DNA from: Azolla caroliniana
Taxonomy: Eukaryota > Plantae > Polypodiophyta
Assembly: GCA_043228905.1 (NCBI GenBank)
Contig: JBHGNT010000005.1
Coordinates: 1,240,001 to 1,304,000 of the forward strand
Length of the DNA: 64,000 bases
Reading direction: 5' to 3'
Below are positions 26,412 to 40,275 of the stretch, one piece after another. The notes beneath the pieces were generated by a model, which was not told the origin of the DNA, did not search any database, and saw nothing but the letters and a program-made list of their open reading frames with translations. Positions within the stretch are counted from its first letter, which is position 1; each line of letters begins with the position of its first letter. Both the position numbers and the translations under genes were made by a program.

Positions 26412-27433
26412 TGTCGTGAAGATTTTCGGTAATAGTGTGAAAATCCCATAAAATGTACAAAATCGAGTATGAATCATGTAATACAATAATTGTGAAGATA
26501 ACATTTTTAATATCTAAGTACAAAATGATGGAGGTTTCGAATGCACTTTATTACACGAGAAATGGACAACTAAATGTCAAGATATGAGGGTATAAAGTTT
26601 GTGAAAAGAAAAGAGAAAATTGTGAGATATCCCACATAGGCACGACAAATACGGCTCTCATCATATATAAGGAGGAGCAAAAGATATTATCTTTGTGTCT
26701 ATGTGTGGAGCATAGAGAGTTCAAGGTAACTTGAACTTAGAGTGGAGGTGGCTAGCTACTCGTAAAAGGTTTTGGCCAACCAAAACCGAACCGGCGATGG
26801 AGCCGGTGATCCGACGGCATGCGGCGGCGGCACCGATATCCGGCGTCGGTATCCGGCATCCGGCGGCGGCACCAGTATCCGGCGTCGGCATCCGGCGACG
26901 GTATTCGGCGAACCGACGACTAGATAAAATAAATATATAAGAATATATACATATTTACATATACAAGGAGGGCAAGTATGGATTCAAACCTTGCACCTCC
27001 AAGTTAGGAGTCAAATGGCTTACCATTAAGCCATAATATTTAGTTGAAATTATATTTCTATCATTGTAGTTTTACATGTAAATTCTCATCCATGAGTGCT
27101 AAAATGAGTGACATGGTTAGCATGCACCACATGTAATACTTAAGCGCCAAATGGCAAACATGCAATTTATGCATGTCTTGTACCCTCACATGCATCATAT
27201 GCATGAGAGCATCTATAAAAGAGGGAAGGGGGAGGAGAAAAACATGGTTTTTTTTATGAAAATTAAGAAGGAGAAATTCGTTGTCAAATCAATCGTGTAA
27301 TCTCATCTTCTCTCTTTCCCAATCTATCTTAAGTACTTTCTCGCCAAAGCTTGTATCGACTCTAAATCCTTCTGGTCCAGAACCCCGGCGGTTCCGCCTC
27401 ACGATCCGCGCGTAGTGACGGATCTTCACGACA
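26412..27433 (+). repeat. 3' LTR (1022 bp)
   Basis: Matches 12501-13514. By eye the only differences are two C/T substitutions near the 5' end and an 8-bp indel (~26954). Confidence 0.97.
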
Positions 27434-27799
27434 ACGCTTCATGCATTTCGATGAGTTATGTTTTATTATGCAACCAAAACACCTAAATATGTTGCCATTG
27501 GACATTTTGAGTATTATCCCACCAACTTGAGATTAAAAATGGTTGTGCTAACGGAGTTCCGAAAGAGGAAAGGATGTATAGATTATGTCACATAGAGATA
27601 GAGGATGAGTATCATTTTACATGCAAATGTCAAACTTACGTCAAGCTAAGGAAAAAACACGAAGACATAGTTGAACTCTCTCCCAACTATTGGATACCTC
27701 GGATATAAAGACACTACATAGGTATACCTTAGAGTTAAACAACATAGAGAGAATAAGATACAACATGTTAATCATAGCCTTTCTAATATTCACCAATAC

Positions 27800-28330
27800 A
27801 TTTCCATTGAAATTTTTGACAGCCAAGGGGGAACGATGAACATGGACACAATTGCATCACTCAACCTCTTCCTCAATAAATCAGAAAATCGAAGAACAAC
27901 CAAACGCACTCAAATACTAGGCTTCAGAGTCACTTGTCGTACAGAAGCAATTAACAAGATAAGGGAACATGAGTTACCTTGCATAGAATATATGGTCAAG
28001 ATACAATTCACATTAAGACCATGGGCCACACCCACATCGAAACCCACATGCTATACTTCATGGAACATTGCATTCTTTGATTGCAACTTTTGTTGTCTCA
28101 TATTATTTCTATCAACTCTCTATCTCCACCTAAATCTAGGGTTTGGCTACAAGATTGTCATATCTTGCATTGCATGTTGGCTTGCACTATGCTTCTCTTT
28201 ATGTTTGGATGCCCTACATTGCTTCTTTATAGTTCAAGAAAATATTTCGGACCTTCAAGAGATTCAAAATACAAAGGACAACCTTATGTCCTCCATATCT
28301 CCAACATAGTAGGAACCGCGAACTAACTTC
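27800..28330 (-). mobile_element. Highly decayed LINE 3' fragment (tentative)
   Basis: Minus-strand LWEIWR motif near 28300, typical of the L1 ORF2 C-terminus. Many stops; boundaries unknown. Confidence 0.3.
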
Positions 28331-29003
28331 TCCCCTTAGCCAACGTGATGCCAAATCTAATCAAATAAAAAATGTTTTATTTTATGACGTGTTAATTTGT
28401 GTTTATGCAGCACACAAACTTCTTGGGTGTGATTTCTATGTTTGATGTGTTATACACTAAGTGTAAAAACAAATCAAAAGAAACCAATGAACTAAAGGAA
28501 ACTCATTTTTGAAATAGGATAAAATCCATTACTTTGTTTTCACATTTCGACATAGCTCCTTTTTTCAAATTTTCGTACATTCTGTAAATTTAAAACTTTC
28601 ATATGGGTTGATAGGAAATTACATTTTTATGCATCTATTTCTAATACACTTAGAATGTCAAATTGGAGTGAATTGATTTATCTTGTCTTGTGCATATACT
28701 ATAACGCACATATTTTCATATTATCTTATTTTATAGGATTGAATGCCTTGCATGTAGTCATAAGCATACATACATGCATAGGCTAGATAGATCTCTGACT
28801 AATAAATAGAAAAGTTGACTAATATTTGCAAGAACAACCTTGAAGTCATCTTCCAAATGAGGCAAGATTCTTACCTAAGAACCTTAGTCTAGGGTCACAC
28901 AATGACTTCCCAAAGAAAACAATAGGGAGGGTTGACAAAAAGTTGAAGCAATGAGGATATTTTGAAACCATATTAAATTAAGGTTGAATGTGCATGCATC
29001 TGG

Positions 29004-29476
29004 TAGGGATCGGCAATGGTTCAGTTTAGGCTTAATCGGTTTGGCTTGGATAACCTTAAACCGTTCTTGGGGTTCTCAAACCTGAACCAAACCAAACCGA
29101 TCCCTAAACCGGTTTGGCCTAAATCAAGTTGGGAACCGGCTTAGAAACCTCCCTCTCTCTCAAACGATTCACCTTGTAGTATACAAGTTCCCTCCCTCCC
29201 TCTCCCTCTCTCGTTTGTGTAGTCTCTCTCTCTCTCTCTCAAGTTTCTAACTAATTTCTAACTTTGAAGTTTTTCTAGTTTTTCTTTAACCTAACTAGTA
29301 AACCACATAACCAGCTTAATCGGTTTGGCAAGGCTCAAGCCGAACCGAACCGAGCTCAAACCATTTAGTCTAGCTCAAGCCTGAGCTTGAGCCGAGCCGA
29401 GCCGCTAACCGCTAAGCCATTTTAAACCAATTTAGCTCAACGGTTTAGGCTTGAGTCGAGCCGTTGTCCATCCCTA
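29004..29476. mobile_element. hAT-type MITE / non-autonomous element
   Basis: TIRs TAGGGATCGGCAATGG / CCGTTGTCCATCCCTA and 8-bp TSD GCATCTGG / GCATCTAG (7/8). Many subterminal AACCG/GAGCCG repeats. Confidence 0.85.
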
Positions 29477-30056
29477 GCATCTAGCAAACATCCTCTAACT
29501 TTCCTACTAACTATATGGGCATCTAAGTTTTGGACTACTATTTGATTTATTTCACTAGAATAGCATGTACACATATTCAACCAATCTCTTTTTGTTTGTC
29601 ATGTCACATGAAATACGAGTGATTCCAATGATTGCATATTAGATGCATTAGGGGTAATCTTAGCCCATGCAAAATTCTAAGCTTTAACCTTTCTCAAGGC
29701 ATGAATGTTTTATGGTCTTGGTAGAATGGGCTCGTTTTTTTTTCCTCAAAGATTTTCTTTAGTAGTATTAAGAAAAAACATCTTAATGCTACAACTTGAA
29801 CTTGTCTGCCCAAAAGCTTACAATTTTTCATGTACAATGATGTACAATAATCCTAAGACCAAAGATAGGACTTTGTAAAAGGTGTTGGAATTTGCTGCTG
29901 CACTGCCATGATTCACTGGTATTCAAGAATGGGCTCCTATTTTGTAGACATGTGGGTGTATACCTACTGTTTTTATTAGAAAGCTTAATTTACATGAGGG
30001 AACCCTCAAATGTAACCTTTCTCTCTCTCTCTCTCTCTCTAAGAAAAACACACAAT

Positions 30057-30057
<1 letters not shown>

Positions 30058-30120
<63 letters not shown>
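30058..30120. repeat. (TG)n microsatellite
   Basis: Pure dinucleotide run. Confidence 0.98.
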
Positions 30121-30123
<3 letters not shown>

Positions 30124-30308
30124 AACACTATTGACAATGGGTGTCATAGTGGAGTATGGCCACCCACTAACTACATGGGTAGTGGAACATGTTGAATTGC
30201 CAATATACAAGATGAACACTCCATTGAGGAAAGAATTTTCACTTGCTCCAATAAAGAAAATTGTCACATTAGTACTCCCTTCAACTTTCGTAGATATGAT
30301 TTGACTCC

Positions 30309-30310
<2 letters not shown>

Positions 30311-30382
<72 letters not shown>
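30311..30382. repeat. (CT)n microsatellite
   Basis: Pure dinucleotide run. Confidence 0.98.
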
Positions 30383-30384
<2 letters not shown>

Positions 30385-33300
30385 GCACATACACACATGC
30401 ATACAAGATTAGTATAGACGATGCACTAGAAAACCGTAAGTTGATTACATGTACTTGTAGCAAAAACCTCATTAAAAAAGAGGAGCCATATTACATGTCC
30501 CCTAAAAAATCAAGGAGAAGTTCAACGTACAATTTATAATGATTAAGTGTCAAATCGAAGCAAATGAGTACCAACCTATTTGCTAGTCAAATCGTGTACA
30601 AAAAGGCATCGAGTGTTTGAAAAGAAGAAGCAAGGCATTGTATTTCCCACAACTTACATGTGAATACATACATTATGTGATATGTCATCTTGAGTATGTT
30701 ATGTGAATCTCATGAGTTTCATTTTACAAATTTCTAGTGTTCACAACTTGATTATGTACAACTTGTTAGTTCAGAGTTTGACTATGTAGAAGTTTGTGTG
30801 ATAAACTAAATACCTGTTCTTATGTCCTACTATATAGACGCTTGAGTCATTAACTAGACAAAAGTTTATATGATCAACTGGATAACGAATGCATAGAAAG
30901 ATGCAAGTTTTGGAAAAAAAATGGACGGATGACCCCTGAGAAGGCAATATGGGAAATGTGAGATTGAGAAGAAAAAGGCCTTTGAATGTAGGATATTATG
31001 CAACATAGTACCTTTGGAGTAAAGTAAAAGCTATTGTTTTAGGTGTAGATATGGAACACAAATATTTTTAACAAGACCTTTGAGAGACTAGCGTTCAAAG
31101 TACATATCTAAATTTTAACAATAATAATAATAGCCATTAATCTCTCTCATATTTCGAGATTATCATTTTGATTGAGTTTGTATACATATAAAATTTTATT
31201 TCGCAGAAATAATCTATATATAATAAATGAATTTAATAAGTATATATTTATGATGAATTGAACTCTTTTTGTATACTTTATATTTCATTTTACTCTAATT
31301 GAAATTATAATAATTCTACATATAGAAGTAAGATATAATCATTCAAATTTTAAACTTATACTAGAAGAGATTGAATTATTCATCGAAAAAAAGGGTGAAT
31401 TATTCAAAATGTTTATTGGTCATTTAACATAACCTGACAATTCTCAGGAACTAGCAAGCAGAGAGAAACTAGACATCTTAATCAATTTCCATGTAATAGT
31501 CGAGTTGTGAATTTTTTCATTCTATAAGTTTGAGTCTTAATTTAAGATGCTTTGATAGATAATAATCAATTGATGTTATTTTTCTTTTCAATTGGTATGT
31601 ACAAGTTACATGCACATCATTGAAGTACATGCCATAAGATTGTGGATTTTATGGGACCACAATGTTACACCCTTGACATCAAATCATAATGTGTGCTTGT
31701 AATGCTATTTGGAACATGCAAAAAACGATAGTTTGGTTGCCCATTATGTGGAAGAGTTTATAATAATTTCTAGATACAACATTTATTTGGAGGTGCTTAA
31801 ATGGGAGTCTTACCTAGAGGAGTGTTGCTACAATATTGTATGATTGTCATCAACATTCACTCATAAGATAATGGAAACATAAAGGTTACGATACTTCATT
31901 TGCACCATGAACCTCTAGAAATCACTAACTTATCACAAGAAATTACTCTTGGTCTTTGATTATGGTTTCATGCTCATGAGTGTAGTAGTTTTACCATTTG
32001 CCTAATTTATAGGGATGAGATATCACAGGCTTCATGGACAATATGAATATCTCACAACCAAGTGTTGCACTAAAGTCAATTGTAAAACTATGAATTTTAT
32101 GTCTTCACTCGAGAAATCTTGCATTCCGGATTTTAAGCAAATACAAAACTAGAAACCATTAGGTTGTTTTATGATAGTAGTATTTGTAATTAATGATTTT
32201 GAATGAGATGTAGCTCTATGAACTTCTAAAATACTTCATGATTGAGTTCAATAATACCATTTGAATAAATAGAATGGGTCAATAGATATAGAAGAGCATA
32301 CATATGACCTCTACTTTGATTGTTTATGAAACGAAGCCACATATCACAACTCAATTGCCATTTAATTTAATAATGTTTTGGGGTTCTCACGAGTCTCATT
32401 GAGGTTTCCCGCAACTAATGTAAGTCTTGTGTTTGCCTACATATATAACACCTAGTGAGACAATGCCAATATGAGGTTAAGAGGTGAATAGGTAGTCATG
32501 CAAACCCTACATTACACAATAAATATTGGCCCAACGTGTTGTGTGTAAACAAGCTAAAATTTAAGGCTTGATTCAAAATAGAGGGTTCATAAATAGGAAT
32601 TATATGTGATGGTGGGAGATTGAGCACACAATCTCGTGTTATCTTAAGTCTCACGCACATGACACGTTAAGCTTTAGCGGCATGTGATGGCACTCTAAGC
32701 ATAAACAAGTGCATATTGTGAGTTTTAATTGTCAATGAGAGGGGTTAATGGCAAAACTAACCTTTTCTATCCATAAATTGAATACAATATTATACAATGA
32801 TTCAATACACTATATCAAAATCTCATGTTATTCTTGATATGCTATACATACTATTAGTTTGATCAGTTGACATGGAAGAAGGTCACAAACTACAATCAAG
32901 GCCCCTTGAAATTTAATGTTTGATCATGCAATTGTCTAAAAAAGCAAGTCCTACTTATTGCACATCAAAAATTAATTTTACCACAACTTCAATGATGAAA
33001 CACAAAGTTTATGTCTTTCAGGAATGATTGATCTTCATCCTCCACCCAACAAGAATCATAACAATTATCCAAAAAAAGGGTTTTACTTATTGCACATCAA
33101 GAATTAATTTTACCACAATAATGATGAAACACTAAGTTTATGTTGTCCAACATTGGTTGATCTCCAAATTGATAGCTTAAATCCTCATTGTTTGTATTAC
33201 GTGGATGAGATTTGGTTTAAACATCGTGAATTGATCTCTAGTTAATGTATGACCTTCTTATATTTGATTTAAAATCGATAGAACACATAAGGACAAACAA

Positions 33301-36300
33301 TAAAGTTGGGTAAGTTGTAGGCAATTCTAGATAAATTGTGTGAAGTTCTTGAAATTTGTTTTCTTCGACACGAAAATCACTACAATTGGATTGAAATGTT
33401 TATAATTACTCATATTAGGTTATAAAAAATCATTAATACGCCATGGCAGAGAATTTATAATATTGAGTGCATTAAAAGCAATGAACGGAGAATCTTATAG
33501 ATAATCCAAAGTGAGACATACGTTAATTATGTTTTCTTTGAGTGAGTGGGCATAAAATCATGGAACATATCATTTTTTGGTAATTTGTGATTTGACATCA
33601 AAATAAGGATTCTTAGAACGAGGAATGCTATGTGTGTAATTCTTTCCCGATGCATATTAGGATAGAAGGTCCTCTTTGTGTTTTTAACTCCACGCAAAAC
33701 CAAGGGGTTAACTCTCTGTTTCGTCTTTGTTTTTTGTTTTTAACATGACTCACAACAAGAGATTTAGGTAGGTAACTCCCTTTCCCCCTTTTGTTTTGTT
33801 TCATTAAATCTCGCCCACAAGTCGAGGACACAATTGGCTCCTCTTTTCAGGACCACACAGAGAGACTACATCTATCAAGCTTTTATGTACATACTTAGGT
33901 ATAACAATAATACCAACAATGAAGACCATGTCATGTTAAGCCAAAACTAAACGAATAACACACAATGTTGTGGATCTATAATGATGCACTCAAATATCTT
34001 ACGAATTCTTTTACAACCATGTAAGGAACAAGCTTGACAATGATCATGTGCCACGTCTTATTGTCATGGCAACACAATCTATGATGACACTGTCAGGCAA
34101 GGGCTAGGTCAACATGTAAAACCACAATAATTGTGTTATATGCCCAACTCTTATGAAGATGATGGAGCACTAACTACATATAAACCACGAATCACGATCA
34201 ATCAAATGTAGAACAAGATTGTAATTATATTAATTCAATACAACCATGCCAATCATGTATCGCTATCATACGATGATATTCATCATTGGTGGGCACACAC
34301 AAGATTTTATGTGATTTAATCAAAGTATTTTAATATCTAAAACCCATAATTCAATCAAATCCTTCATTAACATGGTATGCTAATGTGTGAGTTTTGATTC
34401 ATGAACACATTTTCGAATTTTTTTATGTAGGGAGTAATAAACATGCTTCGAAGGCCTAAGGGTTGAGTTGTTGGAATGAGGATCGTTGTGTCCTAACTCC
34501 AATATCCCCTTTAAGCAACCCTTCACGCACTTAAGACCTTCAAGCCATCGTGTGTGGTGTGAATAAAAAAGTGAGATTATTTTATAAAGATCGTTGCAAG
34601 AACAATTGGTCAATGTAGGCCTCTAATACCCATTCACATAGACATTTGAAATGAGTAGAGAGAGTAAACAAACACTTGCAAGATAAGTTGATAAACTCTT
34701 TGAGGCTAAAAGGAGCCCCAAAGAACACAAACTACCTAGATGGAAAGTAGAAACGATATAATGGTGATGCATGAAAAAAATGTCACTTAAATTGAAGGAG
34801 CTCGAAGTCATTGTGCAACCTATCTCCGACAGTGTTGCAAGCGACATGTTTTTAAAGAAAGGACTCAAGATGTTGTTCAATGTAGCAAGTGAAATTGGCT
34901 CAAAATAGAGTCTTAGTTATGCTAACAATATTCTAAAACAACTGATACAAAAGAAGAATTCATAAAAACAAAATGAAGAGAACAATGGAGTGGGAAGGTA
35001 GGAGATAATTGTGCGTGGGGAGATGAAAAGGATGCAATAAACCATTGTGTTGGTGGTTAGTATAAACACAAGTCAAAATTGATTAGATATGACAAATTAT
35101 ACTATATTTCATGGCCTAATGTGAACGTGCCTATTGGAATTCGAGAGTCTCGATGGGAAGAAACTATATTTCTCCAGCTGCCTTATGAAAAGAATCCTCA
35201 ACAACAACCAACATATAGACTTATGGCCCAAACCAAAAATAGCTAGCAACGTGATGGTAAACTTACTCAAATCCAATATATTGACTTATAGCCTGAACTT
35301 AACGAGGCTAAGCACATGACGGGAAACTTGATTGAGATCCAATACGCATCATATAGTTGTTAAGGTGTGGAGGAAAGAAATACCATTGAATTCGGTTTCA
35401 TGGTATTAAACTCCACCCACTCGGGAATGTTGCACGGCAATGCGTCAACAGGCAATCAGACAACAAGATGAGAGACAAGGGTCATAAGAATGAGAATGGT
35501 GACGTCAACGGGCAATTCCGACAACAGGATGAGACAAGGGTCATAAGAATGAGAGCATATGTGAGTCTTAAAACAAATATCGTTCTTCGCTTGCTTGTAG
35601 ACACCCGTATCCATCCTCCTCCCACCACCAACTCGATTGAACGAATTAAGTTGTATTGGATAGGCCAAAAATATTCCTGATAGGAATGAGAAAGACTGGC
35701 CCAGGGTAGTCAGGAGACCAAGGTCAAAATAGTGTGGTGTACCGTGTATGGGATGGTCATGGGGTGGACTAGGAGCGTGTGGTTTACTCTTTGGGTGTCG
35801 TTGTGGAAGTGCGTTCTTTCTCTCTCTCTCTCTCTTCCCATACGTCATTCTCTTCAAATTCTCAAAGTTTGGAAAATTGGAGACCCAAGATTGAATATGG
35901 TTTCAAACCCCTTCCTTCCGTTGTCTCTTTCTCTCTCACTCACACACACTCACTCTTTTGTACATTCCTAAATATAAGTACATACAGAGCTCAAGTGCTT
36001 GAGCCTTCTCCATCACCCACAACATGGAGGAGGCACGCGTGACACACACACACACCCCTTCTCTCACTCTCTTACTTGTCCTTTGTCCTCTTAACCGTCC
36101 AACCATCGATCTATGTATGTATGTATCCCATCCATCTCTCTCTCTCTCTCTCTCTATCCCACCATTCTTTTGCCAACTTGGTGGGATTGAATGTTAATAA
36201 TAACACACCCACACTTCTACTACAGTCTCTACTACTACTACTACTACTTTAGTCTTCTACTTCTTTCCCCTCCCCCAAGTAAAAACAAAAAAGAACAGCA

Positions 36301-36503
36301 GCATCATCATTAGCCCTAAATTTATTATGCCCCCTGCCCCCACCACCACACACATTTCTTTTACTTCTTCCTCCATTGGTTTGGGTAGAATCAAAGGTTT
36401 AATGAACTCCACACAAAAAAACCCACCACTTCTTGCCGTTTTCCCTCAACTTAAAATCCTGGACCTTCCTTTTTGTGAAGAGCTTTAATCATCTAGCTAC
36501 CTA

Positions 36504-39360
36504 ATGGAAACCATCCATTGTTCATTTGCCTTAATGACCAACAATACCAATATCTCAATGCTTGCTGCCTTACTCTTATTGATCCTTATTCCATTACCTA
36601 CCTCTTCTTCTTCTTCTTCTTCTTCTAAATTTTCCAATTCTTCTTTTAACTCCGACTCTCAATTATACCATGAGTATGCCCTCATACTACTAGAGATTAA
36701 GTCTCTTCTCATTGATCCAACGCACTCCTTGCAAAGTTGGTCTATGGACAAATCTTCTTCAGTTTGCATGGATTGGGTTGGCATAACTTGTACCAATACC
36801 AATTCTTCCTCAGATAATCACCATACCGATCAGGCTATTATCACTAATTCCTCTCTCGACAATGCCCACATGACCGGCTACGATGTGATTACTACCATTA
36901 ATCTCGCCAATAAGAACCTCTCTGGTTCTCTCTCCCCTGCCATTGGCTCTCTCACCTCTCTTCAAGTCCTCAACCTAACCAGCAATTGGCTCTCTGACTC
37001 TCTACCCATTCAACTCATGGATTGCCGGAGCCTACAGAAACTAGATCTTTCCACTAACAACTTCTCTGGTGAGATACCTGTTGGTTTCTCTAAGCTTGCC
37101 AACATAGAGGTAATTGATCTTTGGACTAATTCCTTTGTTGGGTCTATACCTCAGGACATTGTGCTTTGCTCTAATCTCCATTACCTAGACTTGGGTGGTA
37201 GCTACCTTGAGGGTTCAATACCACCTGATATTGGAAACCTCACTAAACTAAGATACCTCACATTGGCTGGTAACTTGCTGAGTGGTTTTATCCCCACATC
37301 TATCAAGCTCTTGTCTCAATTAGAATGGCTGTATTTAGGCTATAATGAACTGAATGGAATCATACCTTATGAAATAGGTGAATTAACTAGGCTTAACCAT
37401 CTTGATCTAGTGCATAATAACCTATCTGGACCCTTCCCTCCTAGTATCACCAACCTAACTGGGTTGCAAAACCTCTTCTTATATGACAACATGATTGAAG
37501 GTCCAATCCCACCGTCTGTATCTAATCTAACCCAGCTTTTGTCTCTAGATTTGAGTAACAACAGGATGGTGGGCACTATCCCTGCAGGGATTTCTAACCT
37601 AAAAAACCTTCAAATCCTCAATCTCTTCTCTAATGGCTTCAATGGGGAGATACCCAATAGCATTGTGAACCTGAATAACTTGCAAGTGTTAGCCCTTTGG
37701 AAGAATTCATTGTACGGTGAGGTGCCAGCAGGGTTAGGTATGAATTCACCCTTAATGGAGGTAGACCTATCTAGCAATCAGTTGACAGGACCTATCCCCC
37801 AAGGTCTGTGTGCATCTAAGGTTCTTAAGAAGCTCATATTATTCACAAATTACATGAATGGACCCATCCCAACAGGTTTATCCCATTGCCATAGCTTGCG
37901 AAGGGTGAGGATACAAGGGAATCTCTTCAATGGGACCTTCCCAAGAGCATTTGGAAGTCTTCCCTTTGTGTATTACTTGGACATTTCTTCTAACAATTTG
38001 AATGGAAATCTGGATGATTTCACTTGGAACATGCCATCCCTCCAAGTCCTCCATCTTCAAAGCAATCACTTCAGGGGGTCTATACCTCCTTCCCTTCTCA
38101 AAACCTCAAAATCCCTTTTCACACTAGACCTCTCCCACAATGCTTTGTCGGGAAGCATCCCTCTGGAGATCGGCTCCTTGTCGGAGCTCAACACATTCAA
38201 TGTTAGTGGGAATGCTATCGAAGGAGAGATGAACGATGGGTTGCTAAAGTGTGTGAAAATGGTGTCTTTAGACCTTAGCAATAACAACCTAAGTGGTCAA
38301 ATCCCGCCACAATTGGCTAACATGAAGATGTTAAGCACGCTGGACATATCGTGTAACAACTTGTCTGGGTCTATACCCCTTGAATTAGGGGGCATGGAGT
38401 CCCTTGTATTTGTTAATGTCTCATTCAATCGTCTATCCGGCAAGGTTCCACTCAATGGTGCCTTTATGAACATTAATGCAAGTGCCACCCAGGGTAATGA
38501 AGGTCTTTGTGGAGGAACCAGCCTTGGTCCTTGCACTGCCAGTGAAGCTACTAATGCGAATGTCATATCTTTGAAGACAAGAATCATTGCAATTCTCCTC
38601 TTGATTTGTCTCTTGTTGGCTATGGCTTGCCTATGCCACCTTATATGGAAGCTCAAGCAAGTAGGTTTCCTCGACGCAACCACCAATATCGTCGGTGCCT
38701 TAACAAAGATGACAGGAAAAGCGAGACGAAGGAAGGCGATTCGAACTAAAAGGTGGGGAGAATGGAGCCTCCAGCTATTCCAACAAGTGAACCCTAGCAT
38801 AGAAGAAATCTTGGAAGCTATAAACAATCAAGAGATTCATCTCTTGGAAAAGAGGCACTCTTCCTCTCGGGGTAGTCATATCATGTACAAGAGCAACACC
38901 CAAGAAGGAGAAACATTTGCAATCATGGAGTTGACACTAACCTATGGCTCTATGAATAACGAGGGGTTTCGTTCCCTCGAGGACGTGCTTCGGATGATGG
39001 GCACATCAACACACCCGAACGTTGTGAACGTATACGGGATATGCTCATGCGTAGCTAGCTCTATAGTGGTGTTTGAAGTGGTAGATGGTATTAGACTCAG
39101 CAGTTTGCTTAATGGTTTCTCATATGATATCGAGCAAGGTGGTGAGCATCACTTGGATTGGGCCAAAAGGCTCGACATTGCTATTGGTATTGCGGAAGCG
39201 TTGGTTCACTTGCATAGCTTGTCCATTATCTATGGATGTGTGTGCTCTTACAACGTGCTCGTGGAATGGAGAACCCTTGGTGTAGTAGCTCGATTGCTCC
39301 CGCCCACCACTTCCGGTACTGCACGGCTTATTGTTCGTCACGATTCGATAAAAGATGAAG
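36504..39360 (+). CDS. LRR receptor-like (pseudo)kinase, SKM1/At2g25790-like, exon 1
   Basis: Signal peptide, LRRNT (CMDWVGITC), ~21 plant LRRs, GNEGLCG cap, TM helix (IIAILLLICLLLAMACLC) and a degenerate kinase. LDLGGSYLEG, WLYLGYNELNGIIPYEIGELTRLNHLDLVHNNL and GAFMNINASA recall At2g25790. Splice donor GAAG|GTAAAC at 39361. Confidence 0.92.
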
Positions 39361-39838
39361 GTAAACAAACAAGCATGCACTGTCCTTTCTTTCTCTGCTT
39401 TTTCTTGTCTTCATTTTTTAAAATAATGGTAGATGAGACTAGGATATGTCCCAGAGGCTCACGTCCAATGGTGTCCAATACCCCTCTATGTTTATTGGAA
39501 AATCTGGAATGGCAAGGGATAAGCCACACAATTGGACTGTACATATATATGCATGGTTGGGTCGTGAATCATGTCTGATTTTATTGGGTGCTTGTACATC
39601 AAAATGACGCACAGAATGCTCAACATTATTGGGTAACTAACTGCAACTAAGTACAAGGGGTAGCAAATTACAACTAGTAAGGTATGTAATGGGGCTGCAG
39701 TCGCCCTTCCTTACATGTGGTGTTAGATGGGGTAGTGGCATTTTGCAGGATGTGTGAGTGAGTCTAAGGCTGCAAGACAAGGTATATTGAATTGTAAATG
39801 AAGAATATTATGCATTTGCTCATAAAGAATGTGTATAG

Positions 39839-40275
39839 GTGATGTAGGAGGAGGAGGCTATGATTGGGAGGAGGATGTGGCGGGATTTGGCGGGATATTG
39901 GTAGAGCTATGCGGACTCGGAGGAGCATGGGGCGAGACAAGGAAATCGAGAAGCGAAGGCGAGCTACGGAAAACCATAAGAACCAAGGGGAGCGTGGGGC
40001 GGTCGGGACATGGGGTCGTCGGTAAAGGGGACGACAGTGCCTCGGAGGAATGCGGGAAGGCCATGGACATTATTAAAGCTGGGACAAGAAAGAAAGAAGA
40101 AGAAGAAGAAGAAGAAGAAGAAGAAGAAGAAGAAGAAGAAGCTGAAGGAATGGTTGCGTTGGGGAGGAGGCTCTCCTCCCCCCGTGCAAGACCCCAGTCA
40201 TTGCCTGAAGTCCTGCAGGTGCTGCTGACGTGGAAGCACCGGCGCACCCAAAGCCATTACATATCCCTAACATAA
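39839..40275 (+). CDS. LRR-RLK terminal exon (kinase C-lobe)
   Basis: Acceptor TATAG|GT is phase-compatible with exon 1. Encodes EDVAGFGGILVELC (subdomain IX-like) and PRARPQSLPEVLQVL (subdomain XI-like). Contains a (GAA)n poly-Glu run. A 33-nt in-frame microexon at 39749-39781 is possible. Confidence 0.75.

Larger units (their letters stand above)
12501..27433 (+). mobile_element. Full-length Ty3/gypsy LTR retrotransposon (non-chromovirus, probably Phygy/Selgy-like), interrupted by a DNA transposon
   Basis: Two near-identical LTRs with TGTCGTGAAG...CTTCACGACA ends, PBS, PPT and gag-PR then RT-RH-IN domain order. Flanks ACGT / ACGC. Lineage name is an inference. Confidence 0.97.

Noticed and set aside
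39361-39578. C-terminal 72 aa of the 1024-aa ORF
   Set aside because: Read-through into an intron (GT donor at 39361, T-rich sequence). The kinase C-lobe resumes at 39839.
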